Source: Thermococcus sp. (GTDB lineage Archaea; Methanobacteriota_B; Thermococci; Thermococcales; Thermococcaceae). Taken from it: DNA of 43,130 nucleotides. The first letter of the stretch is position 1. Every line of letters begins with the position of its first letter. The DNA is taken from positions 1 to 43,130 of the forward strand of contig JAGHBN010000159.1 of assembly GCA_021160985.1 (NCBI GenBank), given 5' to 3'. The position numbers and the translations under genes were made by a program. Below are positions 1-10,086 of this stretch, piece after piece. The notes beneath the pieces are model-generated. The model was not told the DNA's origin, ran no database searches, and saw only the letters and a list, made by a program, of their open reading frames with translations.

Positions 1-2
1 CC

Positions 3-140
3 TCTGAGAGGCTACCCGGGAGTCTTGCCGCAACAGCACTGGCCGTCTTCAACGGAGCGAACATAATAAGGACACACGATATTAGAGAGACGCTCGATGC
101 GGTTCGCGTGGCATCCTTCATGGGTCGGTATTCCTTGTAG
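3..140 (+). CDS. folP: 3' end of dihydropteroate synthase-family protein (partial, runs in from left edge)
   Basis: Manual translation from base 3: SERLPGSLAATALAVFNGANIIRTHDIRETLDAVRVASFMGRYSL*, containing the DHPS C-terminal GA-x-IIRTHD motif; TAG at 138-140 overlaps the convergent gene. Confidence 0.85.
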   Translation, partial: SERLPGSLAATALAVFNGANIIRTHDIRETLDAVRVASFMGRYSL

Positions 141-1119
141 TTTTTGTTCTCTTCCACTCCTCAACAAGGGTTCCGAGTAGGGACAGGGCGACGGGGCCTA
201 TTATCAGGCCTACAAAGCCGAAGGCTATGTATCCTCCGAAGATTCCGATGAGGCTTATCAGCGCGTTTACCCCTCTTTCTCTTCTACCCAGGCGGGACTT
301 GAGGAGGTAGTCGGGCACTGGGGACACAAAAAGGGCCCCGTAGAGGGCAAATATGACCGCGGCCCCGGCATGTCCCGTGTTGAACAGGTATATCGCCCCG
401 GCCAGCCAGACCATCCATCCTCCGAGGATGGGAAGGAGCTCAAAGATCACCGTGAAGATGCCGATGGCTATGGCATCGCCGGCGTCGGCTATGGCAAATA
501 GGTAGAAGCCCAATGCTATGGCTACGCCTTTAAGTATGCTCAGGGCAAGCCATCCACGCAGGAGGCTGTGGAGTGTCCTTCCAGCACTGTTCAGCAGTTT
601 GAGGGCCAGCTCCCTGTTTTCCCTGGGAAGGAGGGCATTAACTTCCTCGCGTATCGCCTCGGTGTTCACGAGGATTCCATAGAATGAGAAGACCATAACA
701 ATGGCCTGGAGGGAGAGCTTGGGGAGAGAATAAGTGTAGCCGAGAACGTACTCCTCAAAGCGATTCGGGATGTCTTCCGCGAGGCGCTGGAGAATCTCAT
801 AGAGTGTGGGGGGAAGGTTGAACCCTAGCATCCACTTGAAAAAGGCGTCTATGTAGTACGTCAGGGAGTGCTTGACGTCGTTTATCCAGAGGGCGAATCC
901 TATTATGAAGAGGAAAGTCAGGACCGTCAGGATGCCTGTCATTGTGAGGGCTGAGGCATGCTTTCCGATTTTCGTGGAGAGGCGCTCGTGGAAGGGATAG
1001 AGGATGTAGGCCAGGGTTATCGCCAGTATAATGGGGGAAAGGACAGGACTAACCGTTTCCCAGACGAGGTAAAGAACGACAAGCGATACCGCTATCCAGA
1101 CTCCGGCTTCAAGCTCCAT
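118..1119 (-). CDS. AI-2E family (PerM/UPF0118) membrane transporter
   Basis: 333 aa, multi-TM; N-terminal 'PIILAITLAYILYP' and C-terminal 'GGYIAFGFVGLIIGPV' are typical AI-2E motifs. Confidence 0.88.
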   Translation of the reverse strand: MELEAGVWIAVSLVVLYLVWETVSPVLSPIILAITLAYILYPFHERLSTKIGKHASALTMTGILTVLTFLFIIGFALWINDVKHSLTYYIDAFFKWMLGFNLPPTLYEILQRLAEDIPNRFEEYVLGYTYSLPKLSLQAIVMVFSFYGILVNTEAIREEVNALLPRENRELALKLLNSAGRTLHSLLRGWLALSILKGVAIALGFYLFAIADAGDAIAIGIFTVIFELLPILGGWMVWLAGAIYLFNTGHAGAAVIFALYGALFVSPVPDYLLKSRLGRRERGVNALISLIGIFGGYIAFGFVGLIIGPVALSLLGTLVEEWKRTKTTRNTDP

Positions 1120-1588
1120 CCAGCATCCCCATGTACTTCAGTATCAGCTCCCTTACCGAGGGCTTGTTGAAGACGAGGAGGTATCCACTCTCACTGAGGA
1201 TAAAGTTCTTGTCGATGGCTAATAAGCCTTTCTTAGTCCTGTGTATCTCGGCGCCCTCAACATCGATGGCCTCTTTCAAGTCCTTCGGGGCATCTATCTC
1301 TTCGAGGGTTTTGGTGAGCTTGTTCTTGACGCTCTGGTTCAGGAACTTTATGGGGCTCGGCCGGAACTCCTCGGCGACTATCTCCGAGGGATCTACGTAC
1401 ATGCCCCAGAACTCCTTGGCGCATTCGAAGGGGTACACGTACTCTTCCCCGTAGTCGGGCAGGTAGAGCTCCCGGATTACTGCGAGGAGAAGCTTTCTGG
1501 CGTCCTTTCCGTAGAATCGGATTTCTACGTGGAACCTCTCGTCCCTGAACCCGTTTTCAAACACCTCGAGCTTCTCTTCACACATCAT
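1109..1588 (-). CDS. Conserved Thermococcales hypothetical protein (recalled as PH1570-like)
   Basis: 159-aa ORF with native codon usage, GGGTGAGGGG RBS, coupled to neighbours; family name from memory only. Confidence 0.75.
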   Translation of the reverse strand: MMCEEKLEVFENGFRDERFHVEIRFYGKDARKLLLAVIRELYLPDYGEEYVYPFECAKEFWGMYVDPSEIVAEEFRPSPIKFLNQSVKNKLTKTLEEIDAPKDLKEAIDVEGAEIHRTKKGLLAIDKNFILSESGYLLVFNKPSVRELILKYMGMLDGA

Positions 1589-1594
1589 TTCCCC

Positions 1595-2590
1595 TCACCC
1601 CCTTATGTAGGGGTTCACGTACCTCGGGTCAATAAATAGGGCGGTGCTTCCGTAAACCTTGAACGCTGATGGGTGACCTCCCCTGAATATTACAACCTTC
1701 GGGTTTGTAGTGTTCGTCAGGTTCTCCAGAACAGAGATGGCATAATCGAGGTCTCCGGTCTCGTCCACGAGGCTCCCTACAACGTTTTCCGCGAACCACG
1801 TTTCACCCGTTGCGAACTTCTGGGTTTCGTTGGGGGTCATGTTCCTCCCCATTTCGACCGCGGTCAGAAATGCGTTGAAATAAGCCTCTATCATGTTGCT
1901 TATCTTTTCTTTCTCCTCCGGGGTCAGGGCCCTCCACTCAGCCCCCATATCCTTGTGCGGCCCTGTCTTGAATACTTCCACCTTCACCCCGTTCATCTCG
2001 TAGTTCTCTTCCATGTCGTAGTGGACGTAGAGAACCCCTATACTTCCCACTTCCGCCAGAGGGGCGGCTATTATCTTTTCAGCGCCTGCCGCAATGTAGT
2101 ATCCACCCGAGGCCGCCAGACCGCCTGTATAGGCCACCACAGGCTTGATCATGTTGAGCTTGCTCACTTCGTTGTAGATTTCTATCACGGGCCCGACCTC
2201 ACCGCCGGGGCTCTCTATCCAGAGGAGGACTCCACTTGTGGAGTCATTCTTTGCCACTTCCCGGAGGGTGGGGATGATGCTAAGTGCCGTGTAGCTGTCG
2301 ATGATGCCGAATATTGGGATTATTGCGATAGTTCCGTTCCCTTCGGGGGCGCTCTGGGCTCTGAGCTGGGCTTTTAGGAAGTCTACCCTTTGCCGAAGCT
2401 CTCTCAACTGGATTTCATACTTGGAAATCGAGCAGTTGCTGGGTGAGGGTTCCGTACTGCCACCCCAACCCGTCTGGGGCCCCAGCTGGATCGTGTTGGC
2501 ATGCATGTAAAGGAGCACCGCAGACACCGTTGAGGCTGCAAGCATGAGAGCGAGAATGATCGCGACGTACTTCCACACATCTTCCCTCAT
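1595..2590 (-). CDS. sppA: Signal peptide peptidase SppA (S49), N-terminal TM plus coiled coil
   Basis: Motifs ESPGG, AASGGYYIA, GSIGV and KTGPHKD; ATG at 2590 follows GGGTGA. Confidence 0.92.
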   Translation of the reverse strand: MREDVWKYVAIILALMLAASTVSAVLLYMHANTIQLGPQTGWGGSTEPSPSNCSISKYEIQLRELRQRVDFLKAQLRAQSAPEGNGTIAIIPIFGIIDSYTALSIIPTLREVAKNDSTSGVLLWIESPGGEVGPVIEIYNEVSKLNMIKPVVAYTGGLAASGGYYIAAGAEKIIAAPLAEVGSIGVLYVHYDMEENYEMNGVKVEVFKTGPHKDMGAEWRALTPEEKEKISNMIEAYFNAFLTAVEMGRNMTPNETQKFATGETWFAENVVGSLVDETGDLDYAISVLENLTNTTNPKVVIFRGGHPSAFKVYGSTALFIDPRYVNPYIRG

Positions 2591-2683
2591 CCTTTCACCC
2601 ACCTATACTTTTTGGATTCTCTTTTAAAGGTGCCCCTCGGTAAGCTTTTATACATCCGGGGGACATTTTTCTCAGGTGGTAGT

Positions 2684-3490
2684 ATGGAAATCGGTGTGAC
2701 AATATACCCGCACTTCGTCACCAAAGATAAGACTCTGGCATCGGTGCTGGCGGACGTCAAAATCAAGAACTACGACTTCGTTTCGATATTCCCTCACACC
2801 CTCGGCCTCATAATGAACGGAGAAGTCGTGGAAAAGAAGCTCAAGAGCATCGAGACGACGCTGAGGGGAGTCGGAATCGATTATATTGTCAGGATGCCCA
2901 CCTCAGTAAACCTGCGTGACCACATCTACTACACGAGGCACTTCAGGGTCGCGAGGGCCATTGCCGACGTCGCCATAAAGCTCGGGGCAAAGGTAATAGT
3001 GATGCAGAGCGGAAAAACGGGCAGGCTTGACCTTGAGATAGAGGCGATACAGCAGCTTGCGGATATGGTGGCACCTTTCGGGATCAGCATAGCCCTCGAG
3101 AACACGTTCAGCGTCAAGGACACCCTCTACGTCGTGGAGAACGTTGAGAGGGACAACGTTGGCTTTGCCCTCGACGTGGCCCACGCTTTCCTGAGCGCCC
3201 AGGGCGACAGCAACAAGCTACTTGAGGATGTCAAGCTTGGAACAGACAAGACGGTCATCCTGATGATACACGACAACTTTGGAAAGCTGTTCCCGCAGGT
3301 TGAACCAGAAGACGCGCTGGCCTATGGCGTTGGCGACCTTCACCTCCTGCCGGGGGAGGGCAAGATACCCTTCGGAAAGGTTCTGAAGCTGTTCGGTGAC
3401 GTTCCTCTGCTCCTGAAGGTCAAAGATGTGGAGAAGTTTGCCAAGGTCCCGAGCAAACAGGGACTCATCGAGCTGCTGACGACTCTTTAA
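2684..3490 (+). CDS. Sugar-phosphate isomerase/epimerase / AP-endonuclease-2-like TIM-barrel protein
   Basis: Motifs IALEN, LDVAHA, IHDN and DLHLLPGEG; ATG 2684 follows AGGTGG. Confidence 0.8.
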   Translation: MEIGVTIYPHFVTKDKTLASVLADVKIKNYDFVSIFPHTLGLIMNGEVVEKKLKSIETTLRGVGIDYIVRMPTSVNLRDHIYYTRHFRVARAIADVAIKLGAKVIVMQSGKTGRLDLEIEAIQQLADMVAPFGISIALENTFSVKDTLYVVENVERDNVGFALDVAHAFLSAQGDSNKLLEDVKLGTDKTVILMIHDNFGKLFPQVEPEDALAYGVGDLHLLPGEGKIPFGKVLKLFGDVPLLLKVKDVEKFAKVPSKQGLIELLTTL

Positions 3491-3873
3491 AGCTCCAGTC
3501 TCTCCTTTATAATGCTGAAAACTTCAGCGAGGGCCCTCCCTATTGCCTCCTTCTTTCTTGTGAAGTGCGTGACGTCTTCGCTCAGGTTCTCGCGTATTAC
3601 CTTCGCGGCCTCTTCAATCGTTATAACTCCTTCAAGCCACGCGTAGGCAAACAGGGCCTCGGCTATGTCCCCTTTTCCGTGTTTGTCGGTTCTTGGGGGA
3701 ACAATGTGTTTCAATCCCGAGAGTTCTAGGGCTATGGTGAGTGAGGCGTTGGGAACCCTCTCTCCCGTTGGCCTCCCGAGGTACTCGCTTAGCGCAAGAG
3801 AAAACACGAAGTTGAGAAGGGAATCGCCGAACTTGGCAAGACCTTTGTCTCCAAAATCAGAGGAGTATTCCAA
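3487..3873 (-). CDS. Stand-alone RNase III-family domain protein
   Basis: '[11 protein letters not shown]' and 'GDIAEALFA' match the RNase III signature; no dsRBD; probable TTG start at 3873. Confidence 0.75.
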   Translation of the reverse strand: MEYSSDFGDKGLAKFGDSLLNFVFSLALSEYLGRPTGERVPNASLTIALELSGLKHIVPPRTDKHGKGDIAEALFAYAWLEGVITIEEAAKVIRENLSEDVTHFTRKKEAIGRALAEVFSIIKERLEL

Positions 3874-3894
3874 AGAAACCACCCGGAAGATTTT

Positions 3895-4182
3895 TCAACC
3901 CTTGATGGCCTCGTTCCACGCCTCAAGAACGGCCCTCGCCCTGTCAAATATTTTCTGCGCGGCCTCTTCGAGGGCCTTCTCCGGGCTGACCTTTCCGTCG
4001 GTGACGACACGGAACTTCGGCTTCCTCGCCATCAGCACCGGGTGTTCGATGGTGTAGCCAGCGAAAGTGACGTGCTTGTTCTCGTGAAGCACCTCGTTCA
4101 GGAGGTTGGCAAACGTGTGATCTTCTCCCTCAAGGTAGAACTCCAGAAGGTTTTTCTCCCTCTTTATGACCTCAATCTTCAT
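3895..4182 (-). CDS. rpoL: DNA-directed RNA polymerase subunit L (Rpo11)
   Basis: Signature [11 protein letters not shown]...AGYTIEHP. Confidence 0.97.
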   Translation of the reverse strand: MKIEVIKREKNLLEFYLEGEDHTFANLLNEVLHENKHVTFAGYTIEHPVLMARKPKFRVVTDGKVSPEKALEEAAQKIFDRARAVLEAWNEAIKG

Positions 4183-4804
4183 CTTCCTCACCTTCTAAGG
4201 CTTTAAGCAGTTCTTCCAATGCCTGCTCCTTGTTCTTAATGAGTTCGTATTTAAACTTATCCTCCTTCCATTCGGCCAGGTTGAGTTCAAGGAGGTGCTC
4301 TATGACCTCCTCAGGGGGAATCCCGAAGACCACACTCACGGGCAGGACCACTTCGCGTATCTGTCTCGTGGTCTGAAGCGATATTTCCCCGAGTCCCTCT
4401 CCGAGTTTTCTCACGAGCTCTACGATCTCCTCCCAGGGCATTGATGTTATAAGCTCTCCTCCCCGGAGCTCTGCAGTTTCGTTGAGCATCTCGAGGGTTT
4501 TTATGAGGATGGGTGTTGAAACGCTCGCCCCGGACTCTCTGAAGAGGTCGTCAATGCTGTACCTGTACAGGCCCTTTCTGTCGGGGTACAGTTTGGCCCG
4601 TACCCTGGCGTGTATTTCCCGGATTTTTCGCATGGCTTCGCGTATCTCGTCCTTGGTCCCCTGTATGTTTATTTTCAGGTCGTTGAGCTTTCCGTGAACG
4701 TAAATGAATGCTGGGAGGTTCAGTCTCTGGATTTCTTTGAGGAACTCCTCCTTCTCCCCCTCGTTGCGGACGTGGATGGTTATTACCTTCTTGGCCCTCG
4801 CCAT
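4172..4804 (-). CDS. Conserved archaeal protein, DUF2067-like
   Basis: 210 aa in the csl4-rpoL position typical of this family; overlaps the rpoL start. Confidence 0.7.
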   Translation of the reverse strand: MARAKKVITIHVRNEGEKEEFLKEIQRLNLPAFIYVHGKLNDLKINIQGTKDEIREAMRKIREIHARVRAKLYPDRKGLYRYSIDDLFRESGASVSTPILIKTLEMLNETAELRGGELITSMPWEEIVELVRKLGEGLGEISLQTTRQIREVVLPVSVVFGIPPEEVIEHLLELNLAEWKEDKFKYELIKNKEQALEELLKALEGEEDED

Positions 4805-4806
4805 CT

Positions 4807-5397
4807 TCACACCTTCATTCTTCTGTAAAGCGTTGAGAGCTTTCTCGTCTCAACGTTCCCGCACTTGGGACAGATGAGCTGATTCCCGCGCTTTATTAGG
4901 GGGGTTCTACACCTGCTGCAGAGTGCGTAGATGACGCCGAGCTCCGGCCCCTTCGTGCTGAGCTGTATCGGGCTCTTCTCGTTTGCTATGACTCTGGCCC
5001 TTATGACGTCTCCAATCTTGAACTCCTTGCTGAGGTTTTCAACGTAGCCGTCCTTCACCTGGGAAACGTGGATTCCAGCGAGCTTTGAGGTTGCTATCTC
5101 CCTGTCGTCTTTCCTGCCCTCTATCTTTATGAGCTGGACTATCGCGCTCTGCCCCCTCACTTCAACGATCTTGCCTATCACGATATCGCCCACCTGGGGG
5201 AGAGGGGGGACGTCGGTCACCGGTTCCACGCTTATTTCCATCCTCTGCGGGTCTATCCTGACCCTACCGGCCCTTATTGCATACAGCTCGCCATTTTCTT
5301 CCTTGACACTGTCTCCCGGAAAATACTCCTCTATGACACCGAGATAATCGCCGGGAAGAACGAGTTCGCCATCTCTAGGAACTCTCTTTTCATCCAT
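4807..5397 (-). CDS. csl4: Exosome RNA-binding cap subunit Csl4
   Basis: N-terminal VLPGDYLG, S1 domain, C-terminal Zn ribbon CSRC...CPKCG..ETRKLS. Confidence 0.95.
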   Translation of the reverse strand: MDEKRVPRDGELVLPGDYLGVIEEYFPGDSVKEENGELYAIRAGRVRIDPQRMEISVEPVTDVPPLPQVGDIVIGKIVEVRGQSAIVQLIKIEGRKDDREIATSKLAGIHVSQVKDGYVENLSKEFKIGDVIRARVIANEKSPIQLSTKGPELGVIYALCSRCRTPLIKRGNQLICPKCGNVETRKLSTLYRRMKV

Positions 5398-5518
5398 CCT
5401 CTGCACCTCCATCGAATTTCAAGGTAGGATTTTTTAAGTCTTTGGCTCTCGGGAGAGTTTATAAGGACAAAGGGAAAAGTTTTAGTAATCCCAACTGAGC
5501 CTATGGTGGTGGTTAGAA

Positions 5519-7399
5519 ATGAGAATGCTTCTGATACACAGCGACTATCTGGAATATGAGGTCAAAGACAAGGCCCTTAAGAACCCCGAACCGATAAGTG
5601 AGGAGCAGAAGAAGGGCCGTCTGGACGAGGTTCTAGCTGTTTTCATGAGCGTTGAGAAGGCCGACGAGACCAACCCGGAGGAAGTGGTCGAGAAAGCCGT
5701 TGCAGAGATTAAAGAGGTCGCATCGCAGGTTAAGGCCGACAGGATATTCGTCTATCCCTTCGCTCATCTCAGCAGCGAACTCGCAAAGCCCGACGTTGCC
5801 TTAAAGATCCTTCAGAAAATCGAAGAAAGGCTGAAAGAAGAGGGCTTCGAGGTCAAGCGCGCACCCTTCGGCTACTACAAGGCGTTCAGGCTGAGCTGCA
5901 AGGGTCACCCGCTGGCGGAGCTCAGCAGGACGATAGTCCCGAGCGGAGAGGCAGTTTCAAAGGAGGAGCGCAACATCGCCCTTGAGAAGGAGGAGGAGCT
6001 GAAGAGCTACTGGTACATCCTCACCCCAGAGGGGGAGCTTGTTGAGGTCGATAAGTTCGACTTCACCGGTCACGAGAACCTCAGGAAGTTCGCCAACTAC
6101 GAGATAGCCAAGAACAGGGTGGCTGACAGAGAGCCGCCGCACGTCAGGCTGATGCTCGAACACGAGCTTGTCGATTATGAACCTGGAAGCGACGGCGGAA
6201 ACCTCAGGTATTATCCGAAGGGCAGGCTCATCAAGGGCCTTCTCGAGCAGTACGTCACCGAGAAGGTCATCGAGTACGGCGCCATGGAAGTTGAGACTCC
6301 GATTATGTACGACTTCGAGCATCCGGCCCTTGAGAAGTACCTGAACAGGTTCCCGGCTAGGCAGTACGTGGTCAAGAGCGGCGACAAGAAGTTTTTCCTG
6401 CGCTTTGCGGCGTGCTTTGGGCAGTTCCTCATAAAGAAGGATGCCACGATAAGCTACCGCAACCTGCCGCTCAGGATGTACGAGCTCACCCGCTACTCAT
6501 TCAGGAGGGAGAAGAGCGGTGAGCTTTCAGGTTTGAGAAGGCTTAGGGCCTTCACGATGCCCGATATGCACACCGTGGCTAAGGACCTCAAGCAGGCGAT
6601 GGACGAGTTCAAGAAGCAGTACAAGCTCAGCATGGAGGTTCTTAAGGGCGTTGGGCTCACGCCGGAGGACTACGAGGTCGCAATCAGGTTCACCCGCGAC
6701 TTCTGGGAAGCCAATAAGGACTTCATCGTCGAGCTTGCAAAGATAATCGGAAAACCTGTTCTCATCGAGATGTGGGACCAGAGGTTCTTCTACTTCATCC
6801 TCAAGTTCGAGTTCAACTTCGTGGACAACCTCGACAAGGCTGCTGCGCTCAGCACCGTCCAGATCGACGTCGAGAACGCAGAGCGCTTTGGCATAACCTA
6901 CTACGACGAGGAGGGTAAGGAGAGGTATCCACTCATACTCCACTGCTCGCCGAGCGGAGCAATTGAGCGCGTCATGTACGCCATCCTTGAGAAGCAGGCA
7001 AAGATCCAGGCCAAGGGAGTAAAGTCGATGTTCCCGCTCTGGCTCAGCCCGATACAGGTTCGCGTTATCCCCGTGAGCGATGACGTCATGGACTACGCCC
7101 TCTACGTCGCCGGAAAGCTTGAGGGTGCAAAGATTCGCGTTGACGTCGATGACACAAGTGACAGGCTCAACAAGAAGATAAGGAAGGCAGAGAAGGAGTG
7201 GGTTCCATACATCGTTGTCGTCGGCAGGAACGAGAAGGAGCAGAACACCATAACGGTTAGGAGAAGGGAGGATGGCAAACAGCTTGAGATTCAACTGGAA
7301 GACCTCATCAGGGAGATAAGGAGCCAGGTCGAAGGGTTCCCGCACAGGCCGAGACCCCTACCGTTGCTCCTCAGTAGGAGGCCCAGGTTCAGGGGCTGA
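5519..7399 (+). CDS. thrS: Threonine--tRNA ligase (archaeal type with N-terminal editing domain)
   Basis: [10 protein letters not shown] editing domain, [32 protein letters not shown]. Confidence 0.98.
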   Translation: MRMLLIHSDYLEYEVKDKALKNPEPISEEQKKGRLDEVLAVFMSVEKADETNPEEVVEKAVAEIKEVASQVKADRIFVYPFAHLSSELAKPDVALKILQKIEERLKEEGFEVKRAPFGYYKAFRLSCKGHPLAELSRTIVPSGEAVSKEERNIALEKEEELKSYWYILTPEGELVEVDKFDFTGHENLRKFANYEIAKNRVADREPPHVRLMLEHELVDYEPGSDGGNLRYYPKGRLIKGLLEQYVTEKVIEYGAMEVETPIMYDFEHPALEKYLNRFPARQYVVKSGDKKFFLRFAACFGQFLIKKDATISYRNLPLRMYELTRYSFRREKSGELSGLRRLRAFTMPDMHTVAKDLKQAMDEFKKQYKLSMEVLKGVGLTPEDYEVAIRFTRDFWEANKDFIVELAKIIGKPVLIEMWDQRFFYFILKFEFNFVDNLDKAAALSTVQIDVENAERFGITYYDEEGKERYPLILHCSPSGAIERVMYAILEKQAKIQAKGVKSMFPLWLSPIQVRVIPVSDDVMDYALYVAGKLEGAKIRVDVDDTSDRLNKKIRKAEKEWVPYIVVVGRNEKEQNTITVRRREDGKQLEIQLEDLIREIRSQVEGFPHRPRPLPLLLSRRPRFRG

Positions 7400-7530
7400 T
7401 CTCTGTCTTTCGGCTTTTCTATTCCCCTTTCTCCCACGACTCAGAAATATACCGCTGACTCAAACTCCGCAGGGTGCCAAAATCTGTAGAATTGACTGGG
7501 GGTTTAACTCCGCCTTTAAAAAGAAGGGGA

Positions 7531-8208
7531 TTATTCGGAAGGTACTCCTGAGAGAACCTCTTTGAGGAACTCCTGGGCTTCCTCGCTGAAGGAGCCCTTG
7601 TCGACCTTGTTGCCGTACTTGTCGTAAACTTTCCCGTCCCGGAAGTTTATCTCGAAGACCTCGTAGCGCTCCTCGCTGTTCTCGTGGTGCTTTATCCCGT
7701 GCCCCTTGAGGTGCCTCTCCATGCTCTCAACGTCCACGTACTTTCCGCACTTCTCGCACTTGTAGAACTGCCAGAAAATGTAGTCCTGCCCGAGGAGCAT
7801 GTTGTTCTTCAGGTGGTTCACGAGGCTTCCGCCGAGGTACTCGTAGAAGTCCTCCTGAATAAGTCCGCCGTCCTGCTCCACGACCTTGAACCCGCTCCAC
7901 ACGATGTGGTCGTTTATGTCTGCCAGGGTTGCCTTGGCATAGCGGTACGTTAGTATGAATGCCCCGTTGTGTATGAAGAAGACGTTCTTGTCGGGTATTG
8001 CTATTATGCGGATTCCTCCCTTCTCTTCGCTCTCTGCCAGCTTCTGGGCGTGCTCCCTGTCGTCGGCGACGTCTATGATTATCTTCAAGTTGCTTTTCTT
8101 GTGAATCCCGATTATTCTCTCGCCGTTAATCTCCCAGTGGTACTCGTCCATGTATCTCACTTGGGAGTACACCTTCTTTATTCGAGGGCTCAGCTCCGAA
8201 TACTGCAT
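7531..8208 (-). CDS. tip26: TBP-interacting protein TIP26-like, with C2H2 zinc finger
   Basis: 225 aa; CEKC-x12-HLKGH zinc finger; length and sequence recalled as Thermococcales TIP26. Confidence 0.8.
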   Translation of the reverse strand: MQYSELSPRIKKVYSQVRYMDEYHWEINGERIIGIHKKSNLKIIIDVADDREHAQKLAESEEKGGIRIIAIPDKNVFFIHNGAFILTYRYAKATLADINDHIVWSGFKVVEQDGGLIQEDFYEYLGGSLVNHLKNNMLLGQDYIFWQFYKCEKCGKYVDVESMERHLKGHGIKHHENSEERYEVFEINFRDGKVYDKYGNKVDKGSFSEEAQEFLKEVLSGVPSE

Positions 8209-8287
8209 TAATCACCACCGTGAAGAAGTGGCATTGGGTGTTAATAAGTTTTAGCGAAAAAGTTTAAAAAGGGTCACGGATGGCAGG

Positions 8288-9082
8288 CTACCTTCCAAAG
8301 CGCCTCTGCCTCCTCTGGTACTCCCGGATTATCCTCAGGAAGTCTATCTTCCGGAACTCCGGGAAGTAGACGTCCACAAAGAAGAGCTCACTGTAGGCTA
8401 TCTGGTAGAGCAGGAAGTTGCTTATCCTGACCTCACCGCCGGTTCTAATGACGATGTCCGGGTCTGGCATGTTCGGGTAGTAGAGGTAGCGCTTTATCCG
8501 CCCCTCGTCTATCTCCTCTGGCCTGAGCTTTCCCGCCAGAACGTCGTTCACTATTTCCTTGACGGCGTCAGCTATCTCGCTCCTTCCGCCGTAAGCCAGC
8601 GCGATGTTGAGGGTGTAGTTTGAGTACTTCCTCGTCGCCCGTTCTGCTTCTTCCGCTGCCTTCCTGACGTTCTCCGGCAGCATCTCTTTCCTTCCGAGGA
8701 CGTTGACCTTTATCCCGTACTTGTGGACCCTTTCATCGTCCATGAGCTCCTTGAACTTCCGTTCGAACAGGTTCATCAGCGCGTTCACTTCCTCCTCGGA
8801 GCGCCTGAAGTTCTCGGTTGAGAAGGCGTATACGGTCAGGGTTCTTATTCCAAGCTCCCTGCACCATTCGAGGATTTCTTCGAGCTTTCTTGATCCAAAG
8901 TAGTGGCCGTACCACGGCGGCTTCTCGAGCTTTCGCGCCCACCGGCGGTTTCCATCCATTATTATTGCCACGTGTTTGGGGATGTTCCCCGATTTAACCT
9001 TCTCAAGGAGGTATCGCTCATAAAAGTCGTAAGCGGGTTTGAATAAAATTTGAGGGATGTGGGAAACAACGCGGTAGAGCAT
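8288..9082 (-). CDS. uppS: cis-isoprenyl transferase (undecaprenyl/polyprenyl diphosphate synthase)
   Basis: Motifs HVAIIMDGNRRWA, YAFSTENFRRS and RTGGEVRISNFLL. Confidence 0.96.
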   Translation of the reverse strand: MLYRVVSHIPQILFKPAYDFYERYLLEKVKSGNIPKHVAIIMDGNRRWARKLEKPPWYGHYFGSRKLEEILEWCRELGIRTLTVYAFSTENFRRSEEEVNALMNLFERKFKELMDDERVHKYGIKVNVLGRKEMLPENVRKAAEEAERATRKYSNYTLNIALAYGGRSEIADAVKEIVNDVLAGKLRPEEIDEGRIKRYLYYPNMPDPDIVIRTGGEVRISNFLLYQIAYSELFFVDVYFPEFRKIDFLRIIREYQRRQRRFGR

Positions 9083-9088
9083 CAGGCA

Positions 9089-9613
9089 TCACTCAATTTT
9101 CTTCCTTGATTTCAGGTGCATCTCGGCGAGCTCCATATATATCTCCGCGTTCTTCTTCGTCCACTCGATTTCCTTCTCGCTGAGCTGCCTGACGACCTTT
9201 CCTGGCACGCCCACGACAAGGCTGTAGTCGGGTATCTCCTTGCCGGGCGGTATCAGCGCCCCAGCCCCAACGATGACGTGCTTCCCTATCCTGGCACCGT
9301 CAAGGACAACCGCACCCATGCCTATGATGGTGTAGTCGCCTATCTCAGCGCCGTGGACGACGGCGTTGTGACCTATCGTGACGTACTTCCCTATGATTGT
9401 CGGCTGTCCGTGGGATGTGTGTATGCTGACGTTGTCCTGGATGTTGGAGCAGGGGCCGACGTAGATCTGCTCAATGTCGCCCCTGAGGACGGCACCCGGC
9501 CAGACGCTGGTCTTCTCCTCCAGAACGACATCCCCTATGATTGAAGCGCTCTCATCTATGAAGGCAGTCTCGTGGATTTTTGGCTTTTTGCCTTCCAGCT
9601 CGTAAATCGCCAT
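9089..9613 (-). CDS. Gamma-carbonic anhydrase family (hexapeptide-repeat) protein
   Basis: LRGD, NIQDN..H, GHNAVVHG motifs; real start MAIYEL at 9613 after GGTGA. Confidence 0.92.
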   Translation of the reverse strand: MAIYELEGKKPKIHETAFIDESASIIGDVVLEEKTSVWPGAVLRGDIEQIYVGPCSNIQDNVSIHTSHGQPTIIGKYVTIGHNAVVHGAEIGDYTIIGMGAVVLDGARIGKHVIVGAGALIPPGKEIPDYSLVVGVPGKVVRQLSEKEIEWTKKNAEIYMELAEMHLKSRKKIE

Positions 9614-9684
9614 GAGCATCACCGGTGCTAACTCTCCGGCATAACTTATAAAGCTAACCGGGGAAGGTAGTACAGGGGAGTTTA

Positions 9685-10086
9685 ATGAGGTACAGAAGGG
9701 GTGCAAGTGCCGAGCGGGAGCTCATAAAGATGCTTGAGGGGGCAGGGTTTGCCGTCGTCAGATCGGCGGGAAGCAAGAAGGTTGATATAATCGCCGGAAA
9801 CGGGAGGGTGCACCTCTGCATAGAGGTCAAAAGCACGCACGAGGAGAGGGTGTACCTGAGCAGGGAAGATTATGAAAAACTTCTCTCATTTTCCCGCAGA
9901 TTTGGGGGAACCCCGGTGGTAGCTGTTAAATTCGTCAATAAGGGGTGGAGATTTTTCAGGCCGGAGGATCTCGAGGAGGGAGGTAAAAACTATAAGGTTA
10001 CGCTCCGATCATCTAACTACATGACGTTTGAAGAGCTCGTGGGGAAGCAGAGCTCTTTAAGAGGGGTGGTAGAAGGTGCGGACTAA
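9685..10086 (+). CDS. hjc: Holliday junction resolvase Hjc
   Basis: GASAERELIKML, FAVVRSAGS, VDIIAG, IEVKST. Confidence 0.95.
   Translation: MRYRRGASAERELIKMLEGAGFAVVRSAGSKKVDIIAGNGRVHLCIEVKSTHEERVYLSREDYEKLLSFSRRFGGTPVVAVKFVNKGWRFFRPEDLEEGGKNYKVTLRSSNYMTFEELVGKQSSLRGVVEGAD

Noticed and set aside
7400-7530. Possible C/D-box sRNA between convergent thrS and TIP26
   Set aside because: A CTGA is present but no RTGATGA box C at suitable spacing on either strand; pyrimidine tracts fit terminators.
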